A stretch of DNA of 64,000 nucleotides, taken from assembly GCA_051013385.1 (NCBI GenBank), contig CP143273.1:1952001-2016000 (forward strand). The letters run 5' to 3'. The first letter of the stretch is position 1. Every line of letters begins with the position of its first letter. The notes under the pieces are model-generated. The model had not been told where the DNA came from, did no database searches, and saw only the letters and a list, made by a program, of their open reading frames with translations. The position numbers were made by a program, and so were the translations under genes. The stretch is from Phormidium sp. (GTDB lineage: Bacteria > Cyanobacteriota > Cyanobacteriia > Cyanobacteriales > Aerosakkonemataceae). Shown piece by piece: positions 39,836 through 51,082 of the stretch.

Positions 39836-41182
39836 ATGACCGTAGCAACAGCAGCGAATATTCTTAACGAAGATCAAGCCCTTTCTTTAGTAGAAAAAGT
39901 CATCAAAAAATCGACAGCAGAGGGCGTTTTTGTCAGCTTAAGCATGGGAGAATCATCTCTGAGTCGTTACTCAGAAAATCAGATTACTCAAAATATCAGT
40001 AACTCAGAATTTAACCTGACAGTTACCAGTTATTTTGGCAAACGTAGCGCTTCTGCTTCCACAACAGAATTTGATGAAGATGCGATCGCGCAAACAATTC
40101 AACTCTCGGAAGAATTAGCCAAAATTGCGCCCGAAGATCCCGAATGGGTGCCACTTTTAGAACCGCAAATTTACGAAGAACGTACCCCCGCTTTTGATTT
40201 AGCAACCGCCTCATTTTCTCCCTTAGCTAGAGGAGAAATCATTCAAAAAGTTTGCCAAAAAAGTATCAAAGCGGGCATTAATGGTTCGGGAACTCTCAGT
40301 ACAGACGCATTTTTATCTGCTATTGGTAATTCTCAAGGTTTACGAGCAACGGATCGAGGAACCAAGGCAAAGTTTAGTTTTACTGGTAAAATTGAAGATG
40401 GTTCTAGTTGGTGCGATCGCACAAGTTTTGCGATTAATCAATTGCCGATCGAACTATTAACCGAACAAATAATCGATCGCGCTTTTGCATCCCGTCATCC
40501 CCGTGAAATCAACCCCGGTAAATATCCAGTAATTTTAGATGCCCCAGCTGTTAACGGATTACTAAGGGCAGTAATGTGGAGTTTAGACGCACGCGCCGCC
40601 GATGAAGGGCGTTCTTTCATGTCGCGCATCGACGCAAATGGAAAGCCTGTAGGTAATCGTTTAGGTGAAGCGATGTTTAGCCCTTTAGTGCAAATAAATC
40701 GCGATCCAGCCCATCCTTTATTACAATTAGGAACTAGCTTTAGTGATGGATTAAGTAATAACTATTTAGCGTTAATTAAAGACGGAATTCCCCAAATTTT
40801 ATCCTACAGTCGCTACTGGGCACAACAGCAAGGGAAATCACCCACAGGTTATTTTTATCCCTTAGTTATGCAGGGTACAGAACAAAGCTTAAATGATTTA
40901 ATTGCCCAAACAGAACGCGGAATTTTAGTCAGTCGAACTTGGTATGTAAATTTCGTCAATCCCAGAACTTTAGAAGTTACCGGAATGACTCGCGACGGTA
41001 CTTTTTGGATTGAAGACGGCAAGATTGCTTACCCGATTAAAAACTTCCGTTTCAATCAAAACTTGTCAGAAATGTTGCGCGATGTTGATGCTTTGAGTGC
41101 TGTTGAAAGATCCAGCAATAGTGTTGTACCAGGAATCAGAGTGAAACAGTTTAATTTCAGCAGTATCAGCGACAGTGTTTAA
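39836..41182 (+). CDS. pmbA: TldE/PmbA-family protein
   Basis: Follows tldD; ARAADEGRS, TGMTRDGTF, NFRFN; lacks the HExxxH motif. Confidence 0.8.
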   Translation: MTVATAANILNEDQALSLVEKVIKKSTAEGVFVSLSMGESSLSRYSENQITQNISNSEFNLTVTSYFGKRSASASTTEFDEDAIAQTIQLSEELAKIAPEDPEWVPLLEPQIYEERTPAFDLATASFSPLARGEIIQKVCQKSIKAGINGSGTLSTDAFLSAIGNSQGLRATDRGTKAKFSFTGKIEDGSSWCDRTSFAINQLPIELLTEQIIDRAFASRHPREINPGKYPVILDAPAVNGLLRAVMWSLDARAADEGRSFMSRIDANGKPVGNRLGEAMFSPLVQINRDPAHPLLQLGTSFSDGLSNNYLALIKDGIPQILSYSRYWAQQQGKSPTGYFYPLVMQGTEQSLNDLIAQTERGILVSRTWYVNFVNPRTLEVTGMTRDGTFWIEDGKIAYPIKNFRFNQNLSEMLRDVDALSAVERSSNSVVPGIRVKQFNFSSISDSV

Positions 41183-41247
41183 TTTTAACTAGGAATTACG
41201 CAATATTGCTATAATTCAAGGTAAAATTAATACTAGGAGCAACAGCT

Positions 41248-41514
41248 ATGAATATCACCTTAAAAACCGAACAAGCTGAGTTAATTCAACAAAAGATAAA
41301 CAGCGGTAAATACAACAATGCAGACGAAGTAATTGGCGAAGCATTACAATTATTAGAGCAACGCGATCGAGAGTATGAAAATTGGGTAGAAGAAACAAGG
41401 GAAAAAGTAAATGTAGCCCAAGAAGAACTCAGGCGCGGTGAAGGAATTGACGGAAATATAGTTGTCGCTCAATTGAAAGAAAAATTACATCAAATGCGCC
41501 AGAAACAAGCATGA
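41248..41514 (+). CDS. parD: ParD-like antitoxin
   Basis: SGKYNNADEVIGEALQLL; ATGA overlap with the toxin gene. Confidence 0.82.
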   Translation: MNITLKTEQAELIQQKINSGKYNNADEVIGEALQLLEQRDREYENWVEETREKVNVAQEELRRGEGIDGNIVVAQLKEKLHQMRQKQA

Positions 41515-41819
41515 ATCGTTACATTATTTCTCCTTCTGCTAGTCGCGATTTAAACGAAATTATAGATTATTTTGCCAACCTCAATGTTGAGACAGGAGAG
41601 CGGTTAATTGCAGCGTTCGAGAAAAAATGTCAAAACTTAATCAACTTTCCGATGATAGGAAGGAGTTATGAAGATATTAAAGCAGGTTTGCGCGGTTTAC
41701 CTTTAGATGGGTATGTCATTCTTTACCAAGTTACTGCCAATACTTTAGAAATTCTTCGGGTAGTACATCGTTCGCGCAATTTAAAAGCATTATTTGAGTC
41801 AGAGCAAGATGAGATTTAA
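41511..41819 (+). CDS. parE: ParE/RelE-family toxin
   Basis: SPSASRDLNEI...FPMIGR...YVILY...ILRVVH. Confidence 0.85.
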   Translation: MNRYIISPSASRDLNEIIDYFANLNVETGERLIAAFEKKCQNLINFPMIGRSYEDIKAGLRGLPLDGYVILYQVTANTLEILRVVHRSRNLKALFESEQDEI

Positions 41820-42046
41820 ACAGAAGTAGAAGTGCAAAAAAGTACGATCGCTTCTGTATTTTGCAGTTAAACTACATCCATACTCACAAAGAATTGAAGA
41901 CTAATAGAAGTTGTGAGCATAGCAATCTTTGCCAGGGCTAATTATAATAATACAGCATCCTAAATAACTTGTGAACTCATCTCCTTGTTCTCTCTGCGTT
42001 CTCTGCGTCTCTGCGGTTCAAAAAAAGCCTTAAAAACTAACCCAAA

Positions 42047-42667
42047 ATGAACAATCGACTCACACAACAAATCCAATTTATCACCGAAATTGACAAACTA
42101 AAAAACATCCTGCGCCAAACCAAATTAACCGATAGTTCCCGCCAAGAAAACAGCGCCGAACACTCGTGGCATATAGCAATTATGGCAATAATTTTAGCCG
42201 AATATGCAGCACCAGAAGTGGATATTATCAAAGCAATTAAAATGCTATTAATTCACGATTTAATCGAAATCGATGCGGGGGATACATTCTGTTACGACGT
42301 AAAAGCAAACTTAGACAAAGCGCAAAGGGAAATCAAAGCAGCAACCCGAATTTTTGGTTTGTTACCTTCAGAACAAGCGAAAGAATTAACCCAACTTTGG
42401 GAAGAATTCGAGGAATCAAAAACTGAGACTGCTAAATTTGCGATCGCCCTAGATCGCCTCCAACCCCTCCTGCAAAATAAACAAAATCACGGCGGAACTT
42501 GGAAAATTCACGGAATTACCGAAAACTTAGTCAGAAAAAGAATGTCTCCTGTACAAGAAGCATCACCCATTCTCGGTAAATTAGTTGAAGAAGTTATAGC
42601 TGATTGTATCGCCGCAGGTTATTTGAAACCAGAACCATTAACCCAGTTAATCCCAGATAAATTGTAG
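42047..42667 (+). CDS. HD-domain hydrolase (HDDC2/YfbR-like)
   Basis: ENSAEHSWH, IHDLIEIDAGD, DRLQP. Confidence 0.88.
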   Translation: MNNRLTQQIQFITEIDKLKNILRQTKLTDSSRQENSAEHSWHIAIMAIILAEYAAPEVDIIKAIKMLLIHDLIEIDAGDTFCYDVKANLDKAQREIKAATRIFGLLPSEQAKELTQLWEEFEESKTETAKFAIALDRLQPLLQNKQNHGGTWKIHGITENLVRKRMSPVQEASPILGKLVEEVIADCIAAGYLKPEPLTQLIPDKL

Positions 42668-42766
42668 ATTTAGTACAAATCCTGGTAACACATCTTCCCC
42701 TGAGAATTAAAAAGGTGCGTTATTAACTGAGATCTTGCACCTGAGATTAACGCACCCTACGGAATT

Positions 42767-44557
42767 CTAATTTGTTAGTTTTGTTAAGGGAATTCCTAAC
42801 CAATTTTGAAAGTTTTCTTGCTGGGTTGAATTAGCATTTTCCACCGCTACAATTTTGTAATTACTAGGTTGAGGATTTGCTAAAGTCACTGGGAGAGTTT
42901 GCAATTCATCTTGATGGAAAATTGACAGTTGAATTGTATCTCCTGGTTGATAATCTTTTAACCTGTCGTTTAATTGCTCTGCATTAACTCGCATTCCATC
43001 AATTGCTAGTAATTCATCATCAGCACTAACGCCAGCTAGTTGTGCAGGTGAACCAAATTCGACAAATTCAATCTTTTGTTTGCCATTTTGGAATTTGGCT
43101 TTTAAGCCAATATAAGGAGGTTGATCTGCTTCAATATCAGCTTCTAACCGTAAGCCAAAAGGTGCTAAATATTCATCAAAAGGTAACTCTTCCACACCGT
43201 CGATGTAGCTGGCGAAAAAGTCACTTAAATCTTTTCCGGCTACTAATTCGATCGCACCTTGCAACTGTTCACCCGTAAACCCAATTTCCGCCTTACCGAA
43301 ATTCTCCCACATATAGCGCATGACATCATCTAGCGATCGCTCATTTCCCTGTCTCTCCCGAATTAGCAAATCCAACAAAAAGGAAATCATTTCCCCTTTC
43401 AAATAATAGGAAATCTGACAATTATCACTATTGGCATCCCGGCGATAAAGCTTAATCCAAGCATCAAAACTAGACTCACTTACAGGCTGAACTTTTCTTC
43501 CCAGTTTTGTTTGCAATAAAGTAATTTCCTTGCCTAAATTCTGCAAAAAAGTCTTAGCATCATAGACTCCCGCCCGAAACGGAATTTGTAAATCGTAATA
43601 GCTAGTTGTTCCTTCCGAAAACCACAGGGAAGAAGTGTAATTTTCCCCATCATAATCAAACTTTTCCAAACCTTTTGGGCGCAATCTTTTCACATTCCAC
43701 AAATGGAAAAACTCATGGGCCACCAACTGCATGAAACTTTCATACTTGTCCTGTTTGCGGAAATTAAACCGGGGATAAATTAACGAACAAGCATACTTAT
43801 GTTCCAAACCGCCGCCCATACTTGGCGACAAATGTAGCAAAAACAAATATCTTTCGTAAGGTAAACCCCCAAAAATTTCGGCTTCTACCTCAATAATTTT
43901 TTTCGTATCCTCAATAATTCGTTCTGGTTCAGCATTTCCCTTTCCCCAAATCGCTAACTCATGGGATTTATCCAATACATCAAACTGATAAAATTGATGA
44001 GTGCCTATTTCAAACGGACTATCCACCAAAGTATCAAAATCTGCCGCCACAAAAGTATTTTCCATCCCAGAAACAGCAGGTAAAGGAGTAGCAATTTGCC
44101 AATCTGCTTGGGGAGGAACAATAGTAATTGTAATTGGTTGTTCCGTAAATTCCGGTATATAAAAACACAGCGCCGCCGGATTAAAATAACCGTGAGAACT
44201 ATCTAAATGATTAGTCCTTACCGATAACTCATTAGCAAAAACTCGATAGCGCACCGTAACTTCTGAAACCCCATTTGTTCCCACTTGCCAGTGATTTTTG
44301 GCTAACTTCTGCCAAGGCAAAATTGTGTTTCCCGCAAGGGCAGAAAAATCTTGCAAATTTTTTGCATACTCGCGCACCAAATAAGAACCGGGAGTCCAAA
44401 CGGGAAGTTTTAAATCTAAAACTGGTGCTTGCCATCCCGAAACTTGTAAACTCACCTCAAACAAATGTGAATTAGGTTGAGGCATCGCCACTTGAAAGTG
44501 TATTTTAGGTGTAGTGCGTGGCAAAGTGCTAGGGCGAACAGTAGTTGCTTCTGTCAT
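42767..44557 (-). CDS. M61 glycyl aminopeptidase with PDZ domain
   Basis: PVWTPGSY, GGLEH, AHEFFHLWN, SEGTTSYY, C-terminal PDZ. Probable ATG at 44557. Confidence 0.92.
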   Translation of the reverse strand: MTEATTVRPSTLPRTTPKIHFQVAMPQPNSHLFEVSLQVSGWQAPVLDLKLPVWTPGSYLVREYAKNLQDFSALAGNTILPWQKLAKNHWQVGTNGVSEVTVRYRVFANELSVRTNHLDSSHGYFNPAALCFYIPEFTEQPITITIVPPQADWQIATPLPAVSGMENTFVAADFDTLVDSPFEIGTHQFYQFDVLDKSHELAIWGKGNAEPERIIEDTKKIIEVEAEIFGGLPYERYLFLLHLSPSMGGGLEHKYACSLIYPRFNFRKQDKYESFMQLVAHEFFHLWNVKRLRPKGLEKFDYDGENYTSSLWFSEGTTSYYDLQIPFRAGVYDAKTFLQNLGKEITLLQTKLGRKVQPVSESSFDAWIKLYRRDANSDNCQISYYLKGEMISFLLDLLIRERQGNERSLDDVMRYMWENFGKAEIGFTGEQLQGAIELVAGKDLSDFFASYIDGVEELPFDEYLAPFGLRLEADIEADQPPYIGLKAKFQNGKQKIEFVEFGSPAQLAGVSADDELLAIDGMRVNAEQLNDRLKDYQPGDTIQLSIFHQDELQTLPVTLANPQPSNYKIVAVENANSTQQENFQNWLGIPLTKLTN

Positions 44558-44676
44558 GGCAGTGGAAAATTGATAATGTTTATTTACTGATCTCAAAATT
44601 GCAAATCAATATTTTGAAAGAGGAGAAAATTGCTTTAATCCTCTCCCCTACCCAGTCAAACAGTTGTGACAGCTGA

Positions 44677-45360
44677 TTAAATTTTTCCTGCTAGGTGCGC
44701 CAACTGCTTCAGATTGATTAAATGGATTACTTGACGCGATCGATCAATTTTAATCCAACCCTTACTATCTAATTTTTCCATAATCTTAGTAGTGTCCTCA
44801 ACACCCACATCAGCTACATCAGCCAAATCTTTGAATGGAATATTATAAATTTCCGTTCCCGTATCCGTGACTTGACCGTAGTTTTCTCCCATAGAAATCA
44901 AACTGTTAGCCAACTTAACTGCGGGTGGTTGATGACGTAGTTGAAAACGAATATTCATCTGGCGCAGTCTGCGGACCATCAGTTGTAGCATTCGATGGTG
45001 TAACTGTGGGTCTTTAAACAAAGTTTGGATAAATCGCTGCGCGTGGACGCTGAGTAACCGCACTGAGGATAAGGCAATCACATCTGTAGAACGCGGAGAT
45101 TCATCGAGAATCGCCATTTCTCCAAAAAAATCGCCCTGTCCCAGGATTGCCAGCGATATGCGATCATCGCCAGCGATGCGACGGACTTTTACCCAACCGG
45201 ATAGGATAAAGTAAACCGCATTACCCCAGGCATCTTCCATCAGAACTGCTCTGCCAGCGGGATACTCGTGTTCGTCGGCAACCGATAACAACCATTCTAA
45301 GGTCTCTGGATTGACCGTATTGAAAAGCGGAAAAAGTTCACTAAAATCTTCAGTCTGCAT
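44677..45360 (-). CDS. Crp/Fnr-family transcriptional regulator
   Basis: cNMP-binding motif FFGEMAILDESPRS and a C-terminal HTH. Confidence 0.88.
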   Translation of the reverse strand: MQTEDFSELFPLFNTVNPETLEWLLSVADEHEYPAGRAVLMEDAWGNAVYFILSGWVKVRRIAGDDRISLAILGQGDFFGEMAILDESPRSTDVIALSSVRLLSVHAQRFIQTLFKDPQLHHRMLQLMVRRLRQMNIRFQLRHQPPAVKLANSLISMGENYGQVTDTGTEIYNIPFKDLADVADVGVEDTTKIMEKLDSKGWIKIDRSRQVIHLINLKQLAHLAGKI

Positions 45361-45547
45361 GAAAGATCTTAAAATCACGATTACCAGCATCGGCAGCTAT
45401 AAAAGTCTTCACCTTGGTTGAACAAGGGCTGCTTTTGTGGCAGAAACAATTAGCACTTTCTATCGTAGTCTAGGGATGGGTAATTTAGGCTTTTTCGCCT
45501 GTATTAAATTTTCTACTTACAGATAAAACCAGAAACTCCCTTCTAGA

Positions 45548-46777
45548 TTATTTTGTGTTATGTTCATTTTTCTTGGCTTGAGCTTGTACAATTCTTAAAT
45601 ATTTAATTTGTTGTTCCACGCTCTGAACTAATTCATCTAAAGCTGGGAGAGCTTCTAGCTTATCTGTATTCAAGCTAGGGTCAAGATTTGTCCGATCGCG
45701 AATTTCATTAACTTTTTGTTGCAACTGCTGGGCAATGTTTAGCGCATCTCGACTCAAGTTTTCCAGCTGTTGCTGTTGATAAAATTTCAAAGCTGCGCCC
45801 CGCAGTACTTGCAGGGTTGCTTCTTCGCCATAAGTACCGGGCATAACTCGCAAGCGTAGCAGCAAGCGGTTTTGCTTGTAAATGCGTTCAATTTCTGCTT
45901 GTTTTGGTTTTTCCACTGGCAACATCGGCAAATGGGTTAACCGCTTGAGTTCTTGAATTAACCCCTGGAGAATGGAGCTATTAACTCCTTCTAAGACTAA
46001 CTGGAGAACTCCGTTCTGGCTCCAGAGAATGCGTCCTTTGTCGCTATGGTTTTCTAAATATAATCGACCAATTCCTCCGGCTAATACTCTTGCGAGTAAT
46101 TCACTGAGTAAAACTTTGGGTGGCAGTTTTGCCAAAACTTCGATCGGACTACTTAAGTATTGCGCTTCTACTTCCAAAATCGGTAAACTCAAACCTGGAT
46201 TGGGAACAACAGGTGGTGTTTGTGCTGATCTTTTCGCACTCTTACTGGCAGATAGTGGTTTTTGCGCTGTTATATGCTGCCCGACTGTTGGTGGTGAATT
46301 TACTACTGGTGGGATAGGTTCCTCGATATAATCTTTCGCCGATTCTTCATCATCTAAAATCAGCGTGGGTTTATTATCTTGGGTTAACTTTTCTTTGGGT
46401 ATTTCTTGTGGCGCTGTACTGGGTGCTGTTGACTTTAACTGCCCTGTGTGGCTTAAGTAAGCTGAGAGCAATGCTTGGTGATTTTTGGCTGAAAGTGGCT
46501 GTGGTAATAGTGAGCAGTTCATGTAAGCCAAGATGCGGCGAACATAATCCAAGGCTTCTGTATCGTTAGGATCTACCATGCCTAAGTTCAGGCGGGTTCC
46601 CTCTAAGGAAAGAGGTATAACTTGATGATATAAACAGGCTTCAAAGGGAAGAATACCATCAATCAGGCGGAACATTGCTTCACTGATCTGAAGCGGGTCA
46701 TCTTTCATTGATGAAAAAGTCTCTCCCTGAGTTTTGGTGTGCTTGCTTTTTATATAGTTAACTTCTACAGGTGGCAT
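45548..46777 (-). CDS. GspE/PilB N-terminal-domain protein lacking the ATPase core
   Basis: CLYHQVIPL...LGMVDP...; LRLRVMPGTYGEEATLQVL; no Walker A motif. Confidence 0.7.
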   Translation of the reverse strand: MPPVEVNYIKSKHTKTQGETFSSMKDDPLQISEAMFRLIDGILPFEACLYHQVIPLSLEGTRLNLGMVDPNDTEALDYVRRILAYMNCSLLPQPLSAKNHQALLSAYLSHTGQLKSTAPSTAPQEIPKEKLTQDNKPTLILDDEESAKDYIEEPIPPVVNSPPTVGQHITAQKPLSASKSAKRSAQTPPVVPNPGLSLPILEVEAQYLSSPIEVLAKLPPKVLLSELLARVLAGGIGRLYLENHSDKGRILWSQNGVLQLVLEGVNSSILQGLIQELKRLTHLPMLPVEKPKQAEIERIYKQNRLLLRLRVMPGTYGEEATLQVLRGAALKFYQQQQLENLSRDALNIAQQLQQKVNEIRDRTNLDPSLNTDKLEALPALDELVQSVEQQIKYLRIVQAQAKKNEHNTK

Positions 46778-47177
46778 AAATATTTACTTTGACCTGGATG
46801 ATTTTTTCTGATTCGTTCCCTTTCTTGGCCCTACTGTTGTTTTAGCTGTTTAATTCCCGTTTGGAGAAATTTTGAAGTTAGCTCAAAATCTCTCCTGCCA
46901 AACTAGTTGGAGGAGTTGCTCAGCTAATAAATGACAACTTTTCAGGTTAGCCAAAAATCAATTAAATTTTCCCTGTTAACTTTAAGTGGTTTTTCCTGAG
47001 TAATTCAGGATAAATACCTAACTAAGTATCAGGTTCAGATACACCCTGTTAATTAAAGGATATTATAACTTTTGTCTTCTGATAGTGGATGGCTATCTTT
47101 AACGATCGCAAATCTTTGCACCGTATTACTCTTTACCCCAAAAGGGAATTTATTTCCTAAATTTTTACATTTCTTTA

Positions 47178-48305
47178 CTAAGCATTGCGTTTTTCTTGCG
47201 CTGCCAGGTAAAGTTTACTCCATTCCCCCATAACTTGATTTGTTTTCAGGTTTAAGTCTTGGGCTACGGCTTCTAGGGTTTTGCCATCGGTTAATTTGTC
47301 TAACAGTCGCCGTTGTTCTGGTGTTAAACTGTCCCAATATTCTTGCCACTGACTTGGGGTTAAGCCGAGACGGTGTTCGCTAAGGGAAGTTTCTAACCAG
47401 GTGGAAACTATCTCTGGTTGTACTTTTAGGGCAAAAACTTTGATGGCATGGTAACTTATTTTTTCCCGCAAGCGATAGATTTCTTTGATCGGTTTGTTTA
47501 AGGCGCGGGCTATTTCTTCTTGAGATCTTCCTTGAAGATAAAGCCTTAGCCATTCCGAGGCGAAAGAATCAATATTTTTGGCTAAATAGGTTTCAAATTC
47601 TTTTTTGACGGCGAGACGGGCGGCTTGTTTTTCCTCCCATTCTTGGGTTTCTTGGTATTGCGCGATCGCTTGATTATCCAATAAACTTAACGGGTTGTCT
47701 GCTTCTTCGGGGACTATTTCTTCGGAAACTAAGCGCACCAAGTCTCCGGTTGGTACTTGGGTAATACCTCCCCGTTGAGAACGCCGCAAATAGTTAACAA
47801 AACGATACAGTAGTAATGGTTGGTTGCGAATCGGGCGCATACAGTACTCTTCGGTACTGGTTAGCAACAGAGCATTCCGCAATCTGGGATCTTCTGTACA
47901 TTCCCGTATCCAGCCAATTTGTTCTTGTAGGTAGCGATCGGACTGTAATAATTCTTGAATTACTTCCTGGAGAACATCAACTACTGCTCTTTGGCGATCG
48001 CGACTCAAGGCTACCCAAGTCTTAATTTTATTGCGGAGCATGACCAAAGAACCCAAGCGAGTCATTAAATTTTTATATGCTCTTTCTGGCCCTACTCCTA
48101 AATATCGATGCCGTAAAATTCGGTAACGATAGTCTATTGCTTGTCTGGCAATTGCTAACAGATTCGGGGCTAAGGTTTCATAACGCTCTAAATCTTTTCC
48201 CAATAACCATTTAATAATACTCTCTTGGGTCTGTTGGCTGATGTTCTCACAGTCCACTTGCAGCTGCTTTCGCAATTCATCTGCCAGTTTTTCAGCTATT
48301 AACAT
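47178..48305 (-). CDS. HetZ-related transcriptional regulator
   Basis: YRYRIL..RYLG, RDRQRAVVDVLQEV, HTH SQEEIARALN...YRLREK. Confidence 0.75.
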   Translation of the reverse strand: MLIAEKLADELRKQLQVDCENISQQTQESIIKWLLGKDLERYETLAPNLLAIARQAIDYRYRILRHRYLGVGPERAYKNLMTRLGSLVMLRNKIKTWVALSRDRQRAVVDVLQEVIQELLQSDRYLQEQIGWIRECTEDPRLRNALLLTSTEEYCMRPIRNQPLLLYRFVNYLRRSQRGGITQVPTGDLVRLVSEEIVPEEADNPLSLLDNQAIAQYQETQEWEEKQAARLAVKKEFETYLAKNIDSFASEWLRLYLQGRSQEEIARALNKPIKEIYRLREKISYHAIKVFALKVQPEIVSTWLETSLSEHRLGLTPSQWQEYWDSLTPEQRRLLDKLTDGKTLEAVAQDLNLKTNQVMGEWSKLYLAAQEKRNA

Positions 48306-48595
48306 GGACTCTAGCTCCTCAATTCCCTATAACGAAAAGTATGCCCACTATCTGACTCAAAACGTTCACCCATTATGGGTAGTGTTTACTTTCAAAGATG
48401 TATTTTTTGACGACAGGTGAAGTGAACCAAGCTTTATGGGCTGGTTTTTCTAGTATATTTTCTCCACTTGTTTAATTTTCACAGGTGTTTTAGATCACAA
48501 CCATCGGGAGAGTAGACTCACTAACCGCGAATGTTAAATTTTGTTAACTTAACGGTGTATAAAAAAAATCTTAGTCCTCAACACTGTTTGCCACT

Positions 48596-50851
48596 ATGAA
48601 TTTAGAATCTATAGAGATGCGCCTGCAAACACTCAAGCAAGAACAGGATTTAATCGTTAATCAAGTGGACAATGCGATCGCGCTTTTTGATCGATCCCAC
48701 CAACTAATCCTATTTAACATTAAGTTGATCCAGATTTGGGGATTCTCTCCAGCGTTTCTGGAAACCAAACCTACGGATGAAGTTGTGTTTAATCATATTG
48801 TAGAACAGGGCTATTGGTCAGAATCACAAAAGCAAAACTTAGAAACATATTTGGCAACAGCAGATACAGCAAACACTTGTTTATACTTACAACAAAGTAA
48901 TGGCATTTGTTTAGAAGTTTACACTACATTAACCTCTGACGGCGGACGTTTATTTACGTTCCGCGATGTGACAAGATACCAGCAAGCATTGCGTTCAGCT
49001 AGTGAAATTCAAGATTCGTTAAATGCGGAAGTCAAGCGGTTAAATTTTTTACTACAACTTACAGAACGACTCCAACCTGCTACTGATTTACAAGAACTTG
49101 GCAAATTTGCTCTTAGCTATTTGGTAAAAGTAACGGGTGCAGCTTTTGGCGATGTCAAAGTAATTATTGGTAATGGTAATCAGCGTTACGCTAACGCGAT
49201 TACCAATCAGATTTCGGGGCAATTTATTGCTACTCATGGAGAAATTGCGGTTGCGGAAATGGAAGCGTTACTAAATCAAGGCATTCCTTATGGTGAAGGG
49301 TTACTCTGGGATGTGGTGGAAACTGGGGAACCGCAGTTTGTGGAAGATTATCATAAACACCCGAAAGCTTTAGCAGGATTTAAGCATCCGGCGATCGGAC
49401 AATTGGGGATTTTTCCGATTCCGGCAGCGGATGGTACGATTATCGGAGTGCTAACTCTGGAATCGCGCAATTTACAGAAGTTACAAGAAGCGCCGCAACA
49501 GGATATGCTGATTGCAGCTTGTCGGACTTTGGGAGTGGCGATCGAACGGGTGCAAGCGCAAGAAAATTTACTGCGGATTAACGAAGACTTAGAACGCGCC
49601 TCGCAGATGAAATCAGAGTTCTTAGCTTCGATGTCTCATGAATTACGCACGCCGCTCAATAGTATTTTAGGATTTTCTGATTTATTGATTCGCCAAAGTG
49701 CGGGCTCTTTGAGTGTTCGCCAATTGAGTTATGTTCAGACGATCGAAAGAAGCGGCGAACACTTGTTACAACTAATTAACGATATTCTCGATCTCTCCAA
49801 GATTGAAGCTGGCAAAGTTGAACTGAACTTAAGAGCGATTTCGATTCATTATCTTTGTACAGAATGCCTGAAAATGATTCAAGTGCGGGCAGTGAAAAAG
49901 CGACTGGCGCTGACTTTGGAATTGGATTATCGTTTGGAACAGGTGAACATCGATGAACGTCGGGCTTGTCAGATTTTAATTAATTTGCTTTCCAATGCGG
50001 TAAAATTTACCCCCGAAGGCGGACAAATTAAACTTTCTAGTCGCTTGGCTTATGGTAGTCAATTAGAGAAAGAATATCGTCCCGATCGCTCTGCGATCAA
50101 TCCCAGTACCCCTTACCTCTGCTTGGAAGTGGAAGACTCTGGTATTGGTATTCCCAGACATAAATGGCATTTGCTATTCCGTCCTTTTCAACAGGTGGAT
50201 GCTTCCCTAACTCGCCATCACGAAGGTACAGGTTTGGGTTTAGTGTTGACAAAGCGGTTAGCAGAATTACATGGTGGTACTGTCTCTTTAGAATCGGAAG
50301 TAAATCAGGGTAGTAAGTTCCGCGTTTGGATACCGCTGACGGAAATGCGCCAGCAACAACCTAGAATGGCGGATTTAGAGTTCCCCCAACAGTCGAAAAT
50401 TAATCTAAAACTCCAAGAACCCTCTAATTCTCCCGCAACATCTGAGACTAAGCGAGTTTTGGTGGTGGAAGATCAACCCTACAACCAAGCTTTTATTTCG
50501 GAAGTGCTGGAACTTGAAGGGTATAAAGTAGAGATGATTTATGATGGCGGAATGATGATGCAGACTATTTATTCTCCTTTTGTTACGCCCCAGAGTTTAC
50601 CAGATTTGATTTTAATGGATATTCAATTGCCCCAGGTGGATGGAATTCAGATTATCCGCCAACTGAAGGCGCATGACTTGTGGAAAAGTGTGCCAGTGAT
50701 TGCAGTTACAGCGATCGCTATGTCTGGCGATCGCGATCGTTGTTTAGCCGCAGGCGCTGATGCTTACTTGAGTAAACCCCTGAAAGTCGATGAGTTAATT
50801 GCTTGTGTGCGCCTGTATACCAACAGCGAATCAAAAGAAGTAAATTCGTAA
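48596..50851 (+). CDS. Hybrid histidine kinase PAS-GAF-HisKA-HATPase-REC
   Basis: [30 protein letters not shown]. Confidence 0.9.
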   Translation: MNLESIEMRLQTLKQEQDLIVNQVDNAIALFDRSHQLILFNIKLIQIWGFSPAFLETKPTDEVVFNHIVEQGYWSESQKQNLETYLATADTANTCLYLQQSNGICLEVYTTLTSDGGRLFTFRDVTRYQQALRSASEIQDSLNAEVKRLNFLLQLTERLQPATDLQELGKFALSYLVKVTGAAFGDVKVIIGNGNQRYANAITNQISGQFIATHGEIAVAEMEALLNQGIPYGEGLLWDVVETGEPQFVEDYHKHPKALAGFKHPAIGQLGIFPIPAADGTIIGVLTLESRNLQKLQEAPQQDMLIAACRTLGVAIERVQAQENLLRINEDLERASQMKSEFLASMSHELRTPLNSILGFSDLLIRQSAGSLSVRQLSYVQTIERSGEHLLQLINDILDLSKIEAGKVELNLRAISIHYLCTECLKMIQVRAVKKRLALTLELDYRLEQVNIDERRACQILINLLSNAVKFTPEGGQIKLSSRLAYGSQLEKEYRPDRSAINPSTPYLCLEVEDSGIGIPRHKWHLLFRPFQQVDASLTRHHEGTGLGLVLTKRLAELHGGTVSLESEVNQGSKFRVWIPLTEMRQQQPRMADLEFPQQSKINLKLQEPSNSPATSETKRVLVVEDQPYNQAFISEVLELEGYKVEMIYDGGMMMQTIYSPFVTPQSLPDLILMDIQLPQVDGIQIIRQLKAHDLWKSVPVIAVTAIAMSGDRDRCLAAGADAYLSKPLKVDELIACVRLYTNSESKEVNS

Positions 50852-51082
50852 ATCACCTGACACAGAGTTGAACATTTATAATTAAATTGTTTCAATATAT
50901 TAAGAAGGCTTGACAGAGCGGGGAATAAAATTCCCTGCTGCTAGCTTACTTCTAAGAACAAAGCGGGTGTATCTCTATTACCAAAGGCTTTAAAAATTAA
51001 AGACTTGGGAATTATTCCTAACTTTAAACCTGATTTTTGATGTTTGTGGTTGTACCACTTTAGTAGTTTTGTCTTTTTAATT

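Noticed and set aside
38302..41182. TldD/E as part of a RiPP cluster
   Set aside because: No precursor peptide or YcaO/modifying enzyme is nearby.
47178..48305. Evidence of heterocyst formation (hetZ, devT)
   Set aside because: HetZ-related and DevT-like proteins also occur in non-heterocystous cyanobacteria, so they are not diagnostic.
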